This document shows positions 37,648 to 50,138 of a stretch of DNA of 52,698 bases, piece after piece. This DNA comes from Octopus bimaculoides. Its lineage: Eukaryota. Position 1 is the first letter of the stretch. Every line of letters starts with the position of its first letter. Below the pieces are notes generated by a model that saw only the letters and a list, made by a program, of their open reading frames with translations, did not search any database and was not told where the DNA came from. Where the stretch lies: positions 39,221,912-39,274,609 of the forward strand of contig NC_068988.1 in NCBI RefSeq assembly GCF_001194135.2, read 5' to 3'. Both the position numbers and the translations under genes were made by a program.

Positions 37648-37812
37648 GTATCATCATTCAGGTCACTGCCTGGAATCGAACTCAGAATCTTGGGGTTAGT
37701 AGCCCGCACTCTTAACCACTACGCTATATGCCCGTGAGTATATGGGTATATGAGGTAGTGGTTAAGAGCGCAGGCTACTAACTCCAAGATTCCGAGATTC
37801 CAGGCAGTGGCT

Positions 37813-37878
<66 letters not shown>

Positions 37879-38302
37879 TCGAAAAATACCTTAGGAATGA
37901 GAACCCAAGTTCGAAATTTCCCCAAGACACTTGATAAAGGCTGGTGGGTTATCAGCCGAAACATTGTGTTAGCAACAAACAAGATGAGGACAAATATCCA
38001 TCAAATGTAAATAATGTAAATAAGTGGCTATATACTTGTACACATATATTCGTGCATATCCAAATATTTGTTTGCATGTATATATGAATTTGTGTAAAAA
38101 CGATGTGAGACCCTGTATCCCAAGATTTCTCTTGTTACTTTATATGTGACTTTATGTGAACGCGTATATGTGTAAGAGTACATACATACACATATGCATA
38201 TACACATATGCATATACACATATGCATATACACATAATACATATATATTACTTGTTTTCTTTTCCCTGCCGTTTTCCTTAGAGTTTTCCAATAATGGATA
38301 CA

Positions 38303-38377
<75 letters not shown>

Positions 38378-38438
38378 CTGTATGCGCTTTGTATGTGCGC
38401 CTTATTTGTCAGAAAATGGAAGACTGGTTGTCTGACAT
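36912..38438. repeat. Large imperfect inverted duplication (arms of ~0.4 kb) centred on the (CA)n/gtgcgcgtgt junction near 37300, interrupted by the insertion at 37362-38022
   Basis: 36912 atgtcagacaaccaatcttccattttctgacaaataaggcgcacatac matches the reverse complement of 38380-38438; homology continues inward to the centre once the insertion is removed. Confidence 0.85.
37362..38022. mobile_element. Palindromic non-autonomous retroelement: two divergent tRNA-like heads, each followed by (AAT)n and a minimal hammerhead fold; 13-bp TSD
   Basis: TSD agtggctatatac at 37349-37361 and 38023-38035; heads at ~37660-37735 (-) and ~37742-37815 (+); hammerhead folds at 37517-37562 (-) and 37926-37970 (+). 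Confidence 0.8.
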
Positions 38439-38894
38439 GCACACACAAGCACATACAAAACATATACACATGCATACGTTCATACATACATACATACATG
38501 CAGCGTAAAAGCAGTGACAGGAAAGTACACAGACAGACGGTTAAGCACAAAGAGATGTACGTTTTCCTTGTAGAAGAGTGACAGGATTTCAGTCATTGCC
38601 GTACATGTGTGTACTTTTTAGTAAAATTATATCTTTACTGACACACACACACGCACAAATGCCCATACACACACACAAATATGCATGCGCACACAAAAAC
38701 GTATACAAACACACAAATACGTACGCACACACTCACACACACACACATATGTATACGTACTTATAGACATACTAACTCTCACATACCAACACAAGAGAGT
38801 ATATATAATCGTACACACATTCGCAGCCTACGTTCGACAGGAAAGCTGTATGTAGTATATCAGTTTCTCTCTCTCTCCCTCTCTCTTTCTGTCT

Positions 38895-38942
<48 letters not shown>

Positions 38943-39547
38943 NNNNNNNNNNNNNNNNNNNNNNNNNNNNNNNNNNNNNNNNNNNNNNNNNNNNNNNNNN
39001 NNNNNNNNNNNNNNNNNNNNNNNNNNNNNNNNNNNNNNNNNNNNNNNNNNNNNNNNNNNNNNNNNNNNNNNNNNNNNNNNNNNNNNNNNNNNNNNNNNNN
39101 NNNNNNNNNNNNNNNNNNNNNNNNNNNNNNNNNNNNNNNNNNNNNNNNNNNNNNNNNNNNNNNNNNNNNNNNNNNNNNNNNNNNNNNNNNNNNNNNNNNN
39201 NNNNNNNNNNNNNNNNNNNNNNNNNNNNNNNNNNNNNNNNNNNNNNNNNNNNNNNNNNNNNNNNNNNNNNNNNNNNNNNNNNNNNNNNNNNNNNNNNNNN
39301 NNNNNNNNNNNNNNNNNNNNNNNNNNNNNNNNNNNNNNNNNNNNNNNNNNNNNNNNNNNNNNNNNNNNNNNNNNNNNNNNNNNNNNNNNNNNNNNNNNNN
39401 NNNNNNNNNNNNNNNNNNNNNNNNNNNNNNNNNNNNNNNNNNNNNNNNNNNNNNNNNNNNNNNNNNNNNNNNNNNNNNNNNNNNNNNNNNNNNNNNNNNN
39501 NNNNNNNNNNNNNNNNNNNNNNNNNNNNNNNNNNNNNNNTATATATA

Positions 39548-39672
39548 TACTCTTTACTCTTTTTACTCTTTTTACTTGTATCAGTCATTTGACTGCGGCC
39601 ATGCTGGAGCACCGCCTTTAGTTGAGCAAATCGACTCCAGGACTTATTCTTTGTAAGCCTAGTACTTATTCT
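39548..39672 (-). mobile_element. SINE family A tail fragment
   Basis: Reverse complement of the tail (cagtcatttgactgcggccatgctggagcaccgcc). Confidence 0.85.
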
Positions 39673-39689
39673 TGCTGCATTTTCTTAAT

Positions 39690-40260
39690 GTTAAAGTGAC
39701 ATGGCTCAGGTTCGACTTCCTCTTCTTCTTTATTTTGTTACTTGTGGAGTTCTATCAAATCCTCGTTCGTCAGAGGCTGCTTGTCTGTTTGAAAATAAAT
39801 CTGTGAAATCCTCCTCCTCCAAATCCATTTCCAGTTCTTTGCTCGCAGTCATCAAAGTTTTGTTGGTGAGACCATTATCAAACCCCTTAAATCATTCACG
39901 AATTGCGGGCATAGCTTCTTCCATACACCATTCATAGCTGTGCTCTGTACATCATTCCATGCCGCTGCTATGTTCTATACAGCCTTGTAGATATCGTATC
40001 TCTACCAAAAGTCACGAAGTGTGATGGACTCATTAAGATCAGTTGCAGCTATTGCTTGCTGCAGCGTACGCTTCATATAGTAACACTTGAAGATAGCAAT
40101 AATTCTCTGGTCCAGAAGAGATGTGGTGTTTGAAGGGAGGGAGACGACAGTAACATTGGGATCAAAATCTACGATGTTTTTGCTGGTGGTTAGGATCATT
40201 ATCTAAGATAAGTAAAACCTTAAAAGGAATCCCCTTCTTACAGTACTTCTCTGCTGCTGG
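39690..40260 (-). mobile_element. Tigger/pogo-type DDE transposase relic, C-terminal part
   Basis: GIPFKVLLILDN, VTVVSLPSNTTSLLDQRIIAIFKCYY, TLRDFW, NIAAAWNDV, NGVWKKLCPQFV, LTNEDLIEL; stops and frameshifts present. Confidence 0.85.
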
Positions 40261-40355
40261 GATAAAATAATTGAAGAACCAATCTTCAAAAACTACAACA
40301 GTAACCCATGCTTTTCAATTAGCCAACATCGGCTCTCGAGTGATGTTGGCGGCAA

Positions 40356-40442
<87 letters not shown>

Positions 40443-40444
<2 letters not shown>

Positions 40445-40606
40445 CGACGGCCTTCTTTCGGTTTCCGTCTACTAAATCTACTCACAGGGCTTTGGCTGAC
40501 TCGAGGCTATAGTAAAAGGCATTTGCCCAAGACGCCACACAGTGGGACTGAAACCGGAACACTGTTGTTGGGAAGCACGTTTCTTACTATACTGCCATGC
40601 CTACAC
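40443..40606 (-). mobile_element. SINE family A head
   Basis: Reverse complement of the head (cttctttcggtttccgtctac...cagtgggactgaaaccggaac). Confidence 0.8.
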
Positions 40607-41049
40607 TTACACCTATATGCATTCGTATTTATATGCAACTGTGTTTGCTTGTGTGTGCTTGCCTGTACGCCTCCACGTAATGCATTTTTATTTCGTCTAC
40701 ATGTATGTATCTACTGTTGCAAAACAATCATTGAAATTGAAAGTGACATACAATAGGATAAATTATCGAATTAAAATCAGCAGGATGTAATGATGAACAC
40801 ACTGAGTAATTTATTCGAAATACAATTTAACTAGTTAATGCATAGAAGAAAGTTAACTTAGGAGTTCAATTATTTCAAAGAACATACAAATCAAATCCAA
40901 AGAACGACAATTATAATAGGAATTCTAAGCTGGAGAGCAAAATTTAACGTAATTCAGTGAGTCTGCGATATTTTATTGTACTCAGCAAGTTAGCAATGAC
41001 TTAGACAGACAGACAGACACACACACACAAACACACACACACACGCACT

Positions 41050-41080
<31 letters not shown>

Positions 41081-41512
41081 TGAGACAGAGAGAGAGAGAG
41101 GGGGTAGAGGTAGGGAGAGAGAGTATGAGACGGTGAGAGGTGTGGAAAAAAAGAGAGTGAAAGTATATGGAGCTATAGAGAATTTGCTTGTATTCAATGA
41201 GTGTACTTTCGAGTGAGATGAGTACTTTTGCCTAAGTGAATCTATACAAATTTAATATAGATCTGCATTAATAACCTTCTCTCGTCCTTTCTCTCTTTCT
41301 CTTTCTCNNNNNNNNNNNNNNNNNNNNNNNNNNNNNNNNNNNNNNNNNNNNNNNNNNNNNNNNNNNNNNNNNNNNNNNNNNNNNNNNNNNNNNNNNNNNN
41401 NNNNNNNNNNNNNNNNNNNNNNNNNNNNNNNNNNNNNNNNNNNNNNNNNNNNNNNNNNNNNNNNNNNNNNNNNNNNNNNNNNNNNNNNNNNNNNNNNNNN
41501 NNNNNNNNNNNN

Positions 41513-41552
<40 letters not shown>

Positions 41553-43064
41553 AGTGTATATGTGTATATATACGTGTCTCTGCGTCTATGTATGTATATA
41601 TGTGCCAGTGTATATATATATGTGTGTGTGTGTGTATGTGTGTGTGTGTTTATGTGTATTTATATATGTATATATGTGCCAATGTATATATTTATGTGCA
41701 TGCATATACAAAAAACAAAACTGATGAACATATTTGCTGCTTTGTAGGGGAAACATCTTGTAAGTTGTAAGTTTGTAAAATAATGAAATATAATAATATA
41801 GTACAGTAAAATATAATGATATGCGTGTATGCTCGTACACAGGCAGAGATAGGGAGAGAGAAGGAGAAAGAAGAAGAGGGAGAGAATGCGAGAGAAGAGA
41901 GAAAGAGTGACAGATAATTTATTCTTCACACATTAGGGGAACACTTTTTAAATGCTTACGAGAAAGTATTTGAGAATGTATCGGTAGATTAAAATAACAT
42001 AATTTCTCTTTATTTTGGATTAGAATAGGGTAACAGTTGTTTCGAAATTTATCTGCGAGACAGAAATTGCGGCTTTGCGATTCATTAATAACATTGGTAT
42101 GTATGTGCGATATTTGGTGCGTTAAATATCAAATAGCTGGACAAAAGTATTTTTAATCCGGATGAGAAAGTACAGGCGTGTGTATATCTTAATGTAGAAC
42201 ACATTCTTCCGGTTAAGTGTCGATAACTGATTAGATTTCGAATGATGAGTCGTCACAGCTTTAAACAAGAATCTCAACGTACGCTAATCAAAACACACAC
42301 ACAAACACACACATTCATACATACATANNNNNNNNNNNNNNNNNNNNNNNNNNNNNNNNNNNNNNNNNNNNNNNNNNNNNNNNNNNNNNNNNNNNNNNNN
42401 NNNNNNNNNNNNNNNNNNNNNNNNNNNNNNNNNNNTATATATACATATATATATATATATACATACATTCGTACATATATGCATACATACATACATATGT
42501 ACATATATATATATATATGTATGCGTGTGTGTTTGCATATGTATGTATGTATGGATGTGTGTCCGTATGCATGTGTACCTACATACGTACATACGTGCAT
42601 GTTACTATGTCTATGTGTGTCTGTATGTGTGCACCACTTCATCATAATTCCTCGCTAAACAGAAAGTGAAGTAAATGGCTGCTTCAATGTATAATATTAA
42701 TATTTTGCTTCAATTATGTAATTTAAATATAGAAAAATAATTTTATCTCTAATGTTTCATCATTTTAAGTAGACGATATAATTAGTCTGGCGTGGTTTTT
42801 GCGCAATAAAAACGTGTAACATTTACTAGCGTTTTCAAGGAATTTTTGACGTGCTTGTAGCCTAGCTACAATTCAGGTAGCTGCCAACAATTCTACCAAG
42901 GTATAATGTCTTAGAGGTTATCAGAGAAGATATTAATATTACCTAAGTGAACACCCACGTTCCTGTTTTTCTGCTTTGAAATGCGCATAGACTTTAGTAC
43001 TGTTGCAGAGTTTCATGCTTAATCGTAAAAGCATGTTGCAACATTCTGCAGAAGTTGAAACAGC

Positions 43065-43103
<39 letters not shown>

Positions 43104-43161
43104 AATAATTTCAACGTGCGCTAATTAAAACATACATACATACATACATACATACATACAT

Positions 43162-43899
43162 ACAGATGAAACATTGCAAAAAGAACGGGCAGAAACAAAT
43201 TGAGGAGCGGTGGAGCCAGAAGTCTCAGCATCGACAGTATATACTTCGAAGCCGAAATGCTGATGTAGATCAAGCAAAAACCCATCAATGGCTGAGAAGC
43301 TCAGGACGAAAGCAGAGACTAAAGATTTCATATTGGCGGCACAAAACCAAAGCTTGCTTACCAAAAACTACCAGGCTAACGTTCTTCGAAACGGTTCTAA
43401 CCCTAAATGCAGATTCTGCTATACATTTGACGAGACAATAGATCATCTAGTCTCTGGATGCCCTGTACTGACACCAAACGAATACAAAAAATCGCCAACA
43501 ATAGGGTAGAACAGTATTTACATTGGAAAACTTGTAAACACTACACAATCAGCACTCCTGCTTACTGGTATGAACATCATCCTGACCCAGTCGATCTCGG
43601 TAAAAATGTCAACATTCTTAAACAACCCTTATTCAGGTACATTTTGAGCGGGATAGGCTTACTCGACCTGGAAAAAATTCTAACTGGGTCCCACCACCAA
43701 GGTCATGCACTGTTTATCTTGCTATGAGATCACCATGTCGCGCACATATGGTTGTGATGCATGTGCCTAGTGCACTTTTATCAGACGGGTAGTCATGATG
43801 GCTATACTGGGCTTCGTATATTTCTATCCCTGTGTCACTTTGATGGCATGCACTGCTCTCTCACTCAATAATACTAAGAAGAAGAAGAAGAAGAAGAAT

Positions 43900-43984
<85 letters not shown>

Positions 43985-44425
43985 GTAATAATAATAACTG
44001 AAACGCTAGGAACTAGTTCTGCTAGAGACTGCCTACATTTTACACAAGGTACTATCAATTCACGATTCAATAGAATAGCTCAATAGCATAATCTTTACAC
44101 AAAACACACCCTATGCAACAAGCATCTAATAATCTAAAATAACGCAGCTTATGCATCATATACTATAAAAGATAAGGCCCAATAAAATAAAACAACCGAT
44201 ATTATACACAATACATACAACAGAACATAAATATAACAAGAAACAAGAAACTAAATCCCATAACAAAATAAACTGTTGTAGTGCAGCAACTGGAGAAGTC
44301 TACACTCCCCAGTCTCTGCAAAAATAAAACCACAATGCCTTACATGCCTCGGGAACATCGTAGTGCATCAGGTGATGCAGTAGAAACTCGCATGAAACTA
44401 CGGAAGAAAAACTTTTCGAAATAAT
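43162..44425 (+). mobile_element. R4/Dong-like RLE-type non-LTR retrotransposon 3' part, pseudogenised and interrupted at ~43618-43997
   Basis: THQWLRSSG, FILAAQNQSLLTKNY, CCHC knuckle PKCRFC..DETIDHLVSGCPVL, YLHWKTCKHY, WYEHHPDPV; resumes at ~43998 with LVLLETAYILHKVLS, then an A/C-rich 3' UTR ending in aataataat. Confidence 0.78.
43618..43997 (+). mobile_element. Unclassified short repeat with a long (AAG/AAC/AAT)n tail, inserted in the LINE
   Basis: Non-LINE sequence ending ...gcactgctctctcactcaataata followed by a triplet tail; it breaks the LINE reading frame. Confidence 0.5.
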
Positions 44426-44444
44426 AATGTGATGGTGATCTTTG

Positions 44445-44703
44445 ATTTAGGCACAAAGCTAGTAATTTTAAGGAGAGAGGAACGTAGGCAATGTCATCGA
44501 GTCCCGTACTTGATTGGTACTCTAACCGGTGGGATTTGAACTTAGAATGTAAATAGCTGCAATAAATGCTACAAAGCATTTTCACCTATAAGGATAAAAT
44601 TCCTAACTTCTGGTTGAATGCCTTCCCAGAAAGCCATGAACTGCTAACAANNNNNNNNNNTAATAATAATAATAATAATAATATAATGATAATAATAATA
44701 ATA

Positions 44704-44757
<54 letters not shown>

Positions 44758-45166
44758 TAATTCTTTCTAAAATTTGGCACAAGGCCAGCAATTTTAGGTG
44801 AAGCGCTTAATTAATTACATTGATCCTACAAGGGATGAAAAGTAAATTGAACTTCGGCACGATTTGAACTCGAAGCGTAAAGCGCTGGAACAAATGTTAC
44901 AGGGGATTTTTACACACGCTATAATAATTCTGGGAGCTCACCGCTTTATAATATTAGTACTCCTTTCTGTCATAAGCACAAGGCCTGAAATTTTGGGGGA
45001 GACGTATATAACATCGACGCCAGTGCTCAGCTAGTACTTATTTTATCGACCCTAAAAGGGATGAAAGGCAAAGTCGACTTCGGCGGAATTCGAACTCAGA
45101 ACGAAAGACAGACGAAATGACGCAAAACGTTTTGCCCAGCGTGTCAACGATTCTTCCAGTTCACCG
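44445..45166 (-). mobile_element. Cluster of three SINE family B copies (~44445-44586, ~44777-44944, ~44973-45166) around an (AAT)n run
   Basis: Each carries ggcacaa(a/g)gc...tttgaact/ttcgaactc in reverse complement; the third is the best preserved. Confidence 0.6.
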
Positions 45167-46559
45167 TTTTAATAATATTGATTCTAATAATTTTTTTTTA
45201 TTGGCCAAAATAGAATGAAGATATTGATGGAGAAAATGCAAATACAACAAAAATGGGGTTTACCTCGCGTAAAAGTGTTCAACAAAAGCAAAAACATATG
45301 CCACATATTTTTCTGCACTCTCTTAACAAAGAAATAATATGTCTTCAGATATGATACAACTGAGGCTGCAATTCAAGTTAGTATTAGAAAACACACACAC
45401 ACACAAAACGGTTAGAATATACCGGAAAGTGTATCAGAGAATTTCAAAAGAATTATAATCGGGTATGTACCAATCTATAAACAGGGAGACCAACTTGAAT
45501 CAGCGAGATATTAGACCAAAGTAATACGAAAAGAAATTCTTTTTAATCAAAGTCGATGCCATGTCTGACGATAATCCATCTTACAATGAAATGGAAAAAA
45601 AAGTTATCCACATATAAAAATGATTCAATAGAGATAAATAGAATTTGTAGCTTGAAAACAGACATTTTCTATCATAAGTTAATTATTTTCAAGTTAGATT
45701 GTCTTTGAAATAATTAAAAAACAGCATAGAGATAAATAAATACATAACGAACACATGAAGTCATGGAAATATGTACAACTTAGTGGGAGTAGCACTAGTG
45801 GAAGTAAGACAGTAAATAGCATTACTACACTCAATTTAGAAATGCAAAACTACTACTACTGCACAAGATGGCCACAGTCTAATGGCGGAAAGAAGTAAAA
45901 GATTAAAGATAGCATATACAAAATATGTAACTGTCAAATATTTCGTTTCCGGTGAAGTCTGAACAAGAATATAAAACCCCAGTGACGATGAATGACAAAA
46001 AGAAATATTTACACTAAGATAAGCAGTTCAGCATTCTGCGTGAGTTGTTTGTCAAGGACAGTAACCACAAGTATTGCGTCATAGCCACTGTGGTGGTGGT
46101 CTTGTCGTTGTCGTTGTAAAGTGATGAAGATGCGGTAGCCATTGGATTCGATTGAGCTGTGGCCACTGGTTAGATTGTGCATTGAAACACTTTATATAGC
46201 GAATATCTTTCAAAGGAAAGATACGCCAAAGACTAAGTTGTTTAATGTCAATCCCATACATTTTTTGTTCAAAAAGGCTTGTTTACTAAGCTGGGGAATA
46301 ATAATCTGCGGGTCTATTGAATGGAGTGGTCAGTTCTTTGTTGACGTCATCAATCCTCGAAAGCATCCTATTTCTGCTATTTTTATTTTTACATCTGAAC
46401 ACAGCGGCTCACATTCGATTCCTATGCAGTTAGATGGTGTCTGGGACTCTGCCAAATATTCATGTTATAGATATAAGTTTTACAAACATATTTACAGAGA
46501 GTCTGGATAATAAACCTGCTAGAAAAAGTTCACATCCTGCGCAAAACACTTTCAGTTCA

Positions 46560-46900
46560 ATAACACAACTCACACAGAACACTCTCTACACAACAGACAC
46601 AACAACACAGGCTCTGCCTAATCACCACACAATAAAAAAGACACATAGACGTGCAATACCCGATATCATAACATATCCTGTGCGCCACCAGCAGCTCACA
46701 TTTCGTATAATCACCACCTGAATATACAATACAAACCCTCAGCACATATTCTGCACAGTCAACATTCAACACTAAAACTCATTATAGGACTACTACAATA
46801 ACAATATGAAATACTATCGTTCAATAATATAACATTGCTTACACAATGCGTATTCTATACTTCAAACAGAGGAAACACTAAAATAATACCTGAAACTACA
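46560..46900 (+). mobile_element. Possible very old LINE endonuclease-region relic
   Basis: A/C-skewed strand and a PDIIT motif reminiscent of the APE-endonuclease PDIIxIQET; otherwise unrecognisable. Confidence 0.25.
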
Positions 46901-47052
46901 GAAAAAACTCGCAGCAAAGTAAACCAGTTCTAATAAACAAACACATCCTATGCGAGTAAAAGACAATGTGTGACGTACTTCAGGAAAACGAATATGTTTT
47001 GGTGGTGTGGCAAATGCTTGCATTAAACTGATGAAAACATTTTTTTCATATT

Positions 47053-47282
47053 TCATCTTTTATTTCTTTCAATCATTAGATTACAACGATGCTGAGAGCA
47101 CATCCTTGAAGGGTTTAGTGGTGACATTCGTCCCGAGTACTTATTTTTTTAAAGCCTGGTACTTATGCTATCCATGTTTTTGCGGATTGCTAAATTACGG
47201 GGTGTAAACAACCAACAGCGATTGTCAAGAGGTAGTGGTAGACAAATGCATACATAAAATGCACATGGATATATAAATATGC

Positions 47283-47340
<58 letters not shown>

Positions 47341-47557
47341 ATGTATGTACACACGTATATATGTGTGGATGTGGGTGCGCGTGTGTGTGTATGTGTGTTT
47401 TCATAACGGACTTCTTTCAGTTTCCGTCTACCAAATTCACTCACAAAGCTTTTGTCGGCCTTGAACTATAGTAGAAGGCACTTACTAATCTGCCACACAG
47501 CGAGACTGAACCCTAAGATCACATGTGCGGGAAGCAAACTCCTTAAAAAACACAGCC
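47053..47557 (-). mobile_element. SINE family A, full-length decayed copy with an internal (TATC)n
   Basis: Tail, body, microsatellite and head in reverse complement. Confidence 0.8.
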
Positions 47558-48747
47558 GAAAATGATTAAGGTGAAGAAAAATTTGATAGTATTCTTATTC
47601 CTAAACCTCAGTGTCTATTTATTACTTTATGCGTATGGTGTATGTCTTAGAGTGGGTGATGAATTAGCAAATGACGACGGGAAGTTAAATACGTCACTTG
47701 CACCAATGAAAAAAGACGCTTATAAACGTTATAAACACTCCTAACTCGTCTCAATAACTTCTTAATTTCTGTGCACATATATCTGCCCGCATATATATAT
47801 TTACATACATTTATACGCATTCACACATTGCACAAAATTTGCAACGAATTGTATATTTGATACGTTGGTATGTGTGACATGAGATAAATAAAAATGATAT
47901 GTTACTGTTGCTGTTGTTCTTATATATGCAATACACAAGACATTCTGAACTAACAAAGAAGCCTCTAGATGATCACTGGATCAACTACAAAGAGCAGTAA
48001 AATCTCTCTAAAGTCTAATCGTATCGATTAAAAAAAAGAAGAAAAAAAAGAAGAAAAAAGAAAAAGGAAGGACGCATTGGATAATGTAGCACGAGGTACA
48101 TTTTGTCGAGAGTCAGTAAATAAAATGACGAAATGGTCTCAGAAATAGGGTTGGCCTGGGGCCGCTACATGAAGAAAAGATCAAACGGGGCTCGTGGCTT
48201 CTACGGGGACATTACCGATAGAAGTGAAACGAAACAGGTAAGACGAATGATCTGAAGCCGGTACACAAAATGGGATCAGCAAGAACTTTTTTCTACTCTA
48301 ACACTAACTATTTTATATATAAGAAAAAATATGAAGAATTAAACAGATAAATATATGGTTATCATTAAGTTTGTTTATTAATGCACTGATGAAGCGTCGT
48401 AACTGTTATGGGTGGCTAGAATTGCAAATATCTTTCGTTGCTTGTTATATTACAAAATGTGTCACTGATGCAGCATCAGCTGATGTCAGGCTAACCTACG
48501 GGAGAATGCCCTCAGGAATAAAAGGTTTATTAAAATCAAACACCTTGGTGCAAGCAGTGAAAATAAAATCTTTCATATTTAGCGAATAGATGACTACCTT
48601 CATATTATATATTGCAGCAACATAATGTTTTCCGCATTTACTAAATTGAAGCACGGTTTCGAATTCCATCTAGAGATACTTTCTTGCCTATTTCGGATTT
48701 TGAAAAATATGTTTTTTATCATGTCAGAAATTTCAAAACAGATTCAG

Positions 48748-48950
48748 TTACTCTTTTACTTGTTTCAGTCATTTGACTGTGGCCATGCTGGAGCACCGCC
48801 TTTAGTCGAAGAAATCGACCCCAGGACTTATTCTTTGTAAGCCTAGTACTTATTCTATCGGTCTCTTTTGCCGAACCGCTAAGTTACTGGGACATAAACA
48901 CACCAGCATCGGTTGTCAAACGATGTTGGGGGACAAACACAGATACACAA
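48748..48950 (-). mobile_element. SINE family A, 3' half, well preserved
   Basis: Near-consensus reverse complement of the body; runs into (TA)n and a gap. Confidence 0.9.
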
Positions 48951-48963
48951 ACTTATACACAGG

Positions 48964-48999
<36 letters not shown>

Positions 49000-49559
49000 N
49001 NNNNNNNNNNNNNNNNNNNNNNNNNNNNNNNNNNNNNNNNNNNNNNNNNNNNNNNNNNNNNNNNNNNNNNNNNNNNNNNNNNNNNNNNNNNNNNNNNNNN
49101 NNNNNNNNNNNNNNNNNNNNNNNNNNNNNNNNNNNNNNNNNNNNNNNNNNNNNNNNNNNNNNNNNNNNNNNNNNNNNNNNNNNNNNNNNNNNNNNNNNNN
49201 NNNNNNNNNNNNNNNNNNNNNNNNNNNNNNNNNNNNNNNNNNNNNNNNNNNNNNNNNNNNNNNNNNNNNNNNNNNNNNNNNNNNNNNNNNNNNNNNNNNN
49301 NNNNNNNNNNNNNNNNNNNNNNNNNNNNNNNNNNNNNNNNNNNNNNNNNNNNNNNNNNNNNNNNNNNNNNNNNNNNNNNNNNNNNNNNNNNNNNNNNNNN
49401 NNNNNNNNNNNNNNNNNNNNNNNNNNNNNNNNNNNNNNNNNNNNNNNNNNNNNNNNNNNNNNNNNNNNNNNNNNNNNNNNNNNNNNNNNNNAGAGAGAGA
49501 GAGAGAGAGAGAGTGAGAGAGAGAGTGAGAGAGAGAGAGAGATGTATGTGTATATATAT

Positions 49560-49675
49560 ATCTGCGTGTATGTTTGTTACCTACCCGCTACACCTTGACA
49601 ACCTGTATTGGTTTCCTTACGTACCCGTAACCTAGCGGTTCGGCAAAAGAAACCAACATGATAAGTACCGGACTT
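49560..49675 (+). mobile_element. SINE family A body fragment
   Basis: ccttgacaacc...cccgtaacctagcggttcggcaaaaga...ataagtacc. Confidence 0.7.
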
Positions 49676-49801
49676 TCAATAAAATGAAGTATTAGCTGGT
49701 AATTAAGAAAGATCCAGTTGACTATAAACTTCACTGAAATAATAGGACTTGTACATATGCATATGTTATGAATTAGTATCTCATAATTATTTCAAATTTT
49801 T

Positions 49802-49973
49802 GCCACAAAAGCAGCTTGGGGGTGATGAGGATGAGTCGATTACATCGACCCAGTGTTCAACTGGTACTTATTTTATGACCCCTAAGCGGAATTTGAACTC
49901 AGAACGTAGTGACGGATAAAATACCGCTTAGCATTTCGTCCAGCGCGCTAATGATTCTGCCGGCTCGCCGCCC
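49802..49973 (-). mobile_element. SINE family B with an internal deletion
   Basis: The - strand begins gggcggcgagccggcagaatcattagcgcgc...ttctgagttcaaattcc. Confidence 0.8.
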
Positions 49974-50138
49974 TTGAATGAGTATATAATAATGAAGACT
50001 TAATTCTTTGCCTATCCAAAGCATTTTCGTAAGTTTGTCCGAAAAAGCTTCTCCCGTTTTCAGCCTTTTAGTTTGCCTTTATTTCATAAAGTTGGGGCAA
50101 TATAAAGCTTTCCTTTCATAAAACCCAAGTTACTCTAG

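Noticed and set aside
37660-37815. tRNA-like sequences here and at 36140-36217 as tRNA genes
   Set aside because: The acceptor stems do not close and the heads run into repeat bodies; they are SINE heads.
48142-48237. Open frame ending in a strong donor ACAG|gtaaga
   Set aside because: The 5' part overlaps repeat family D and the acceptor is weak.
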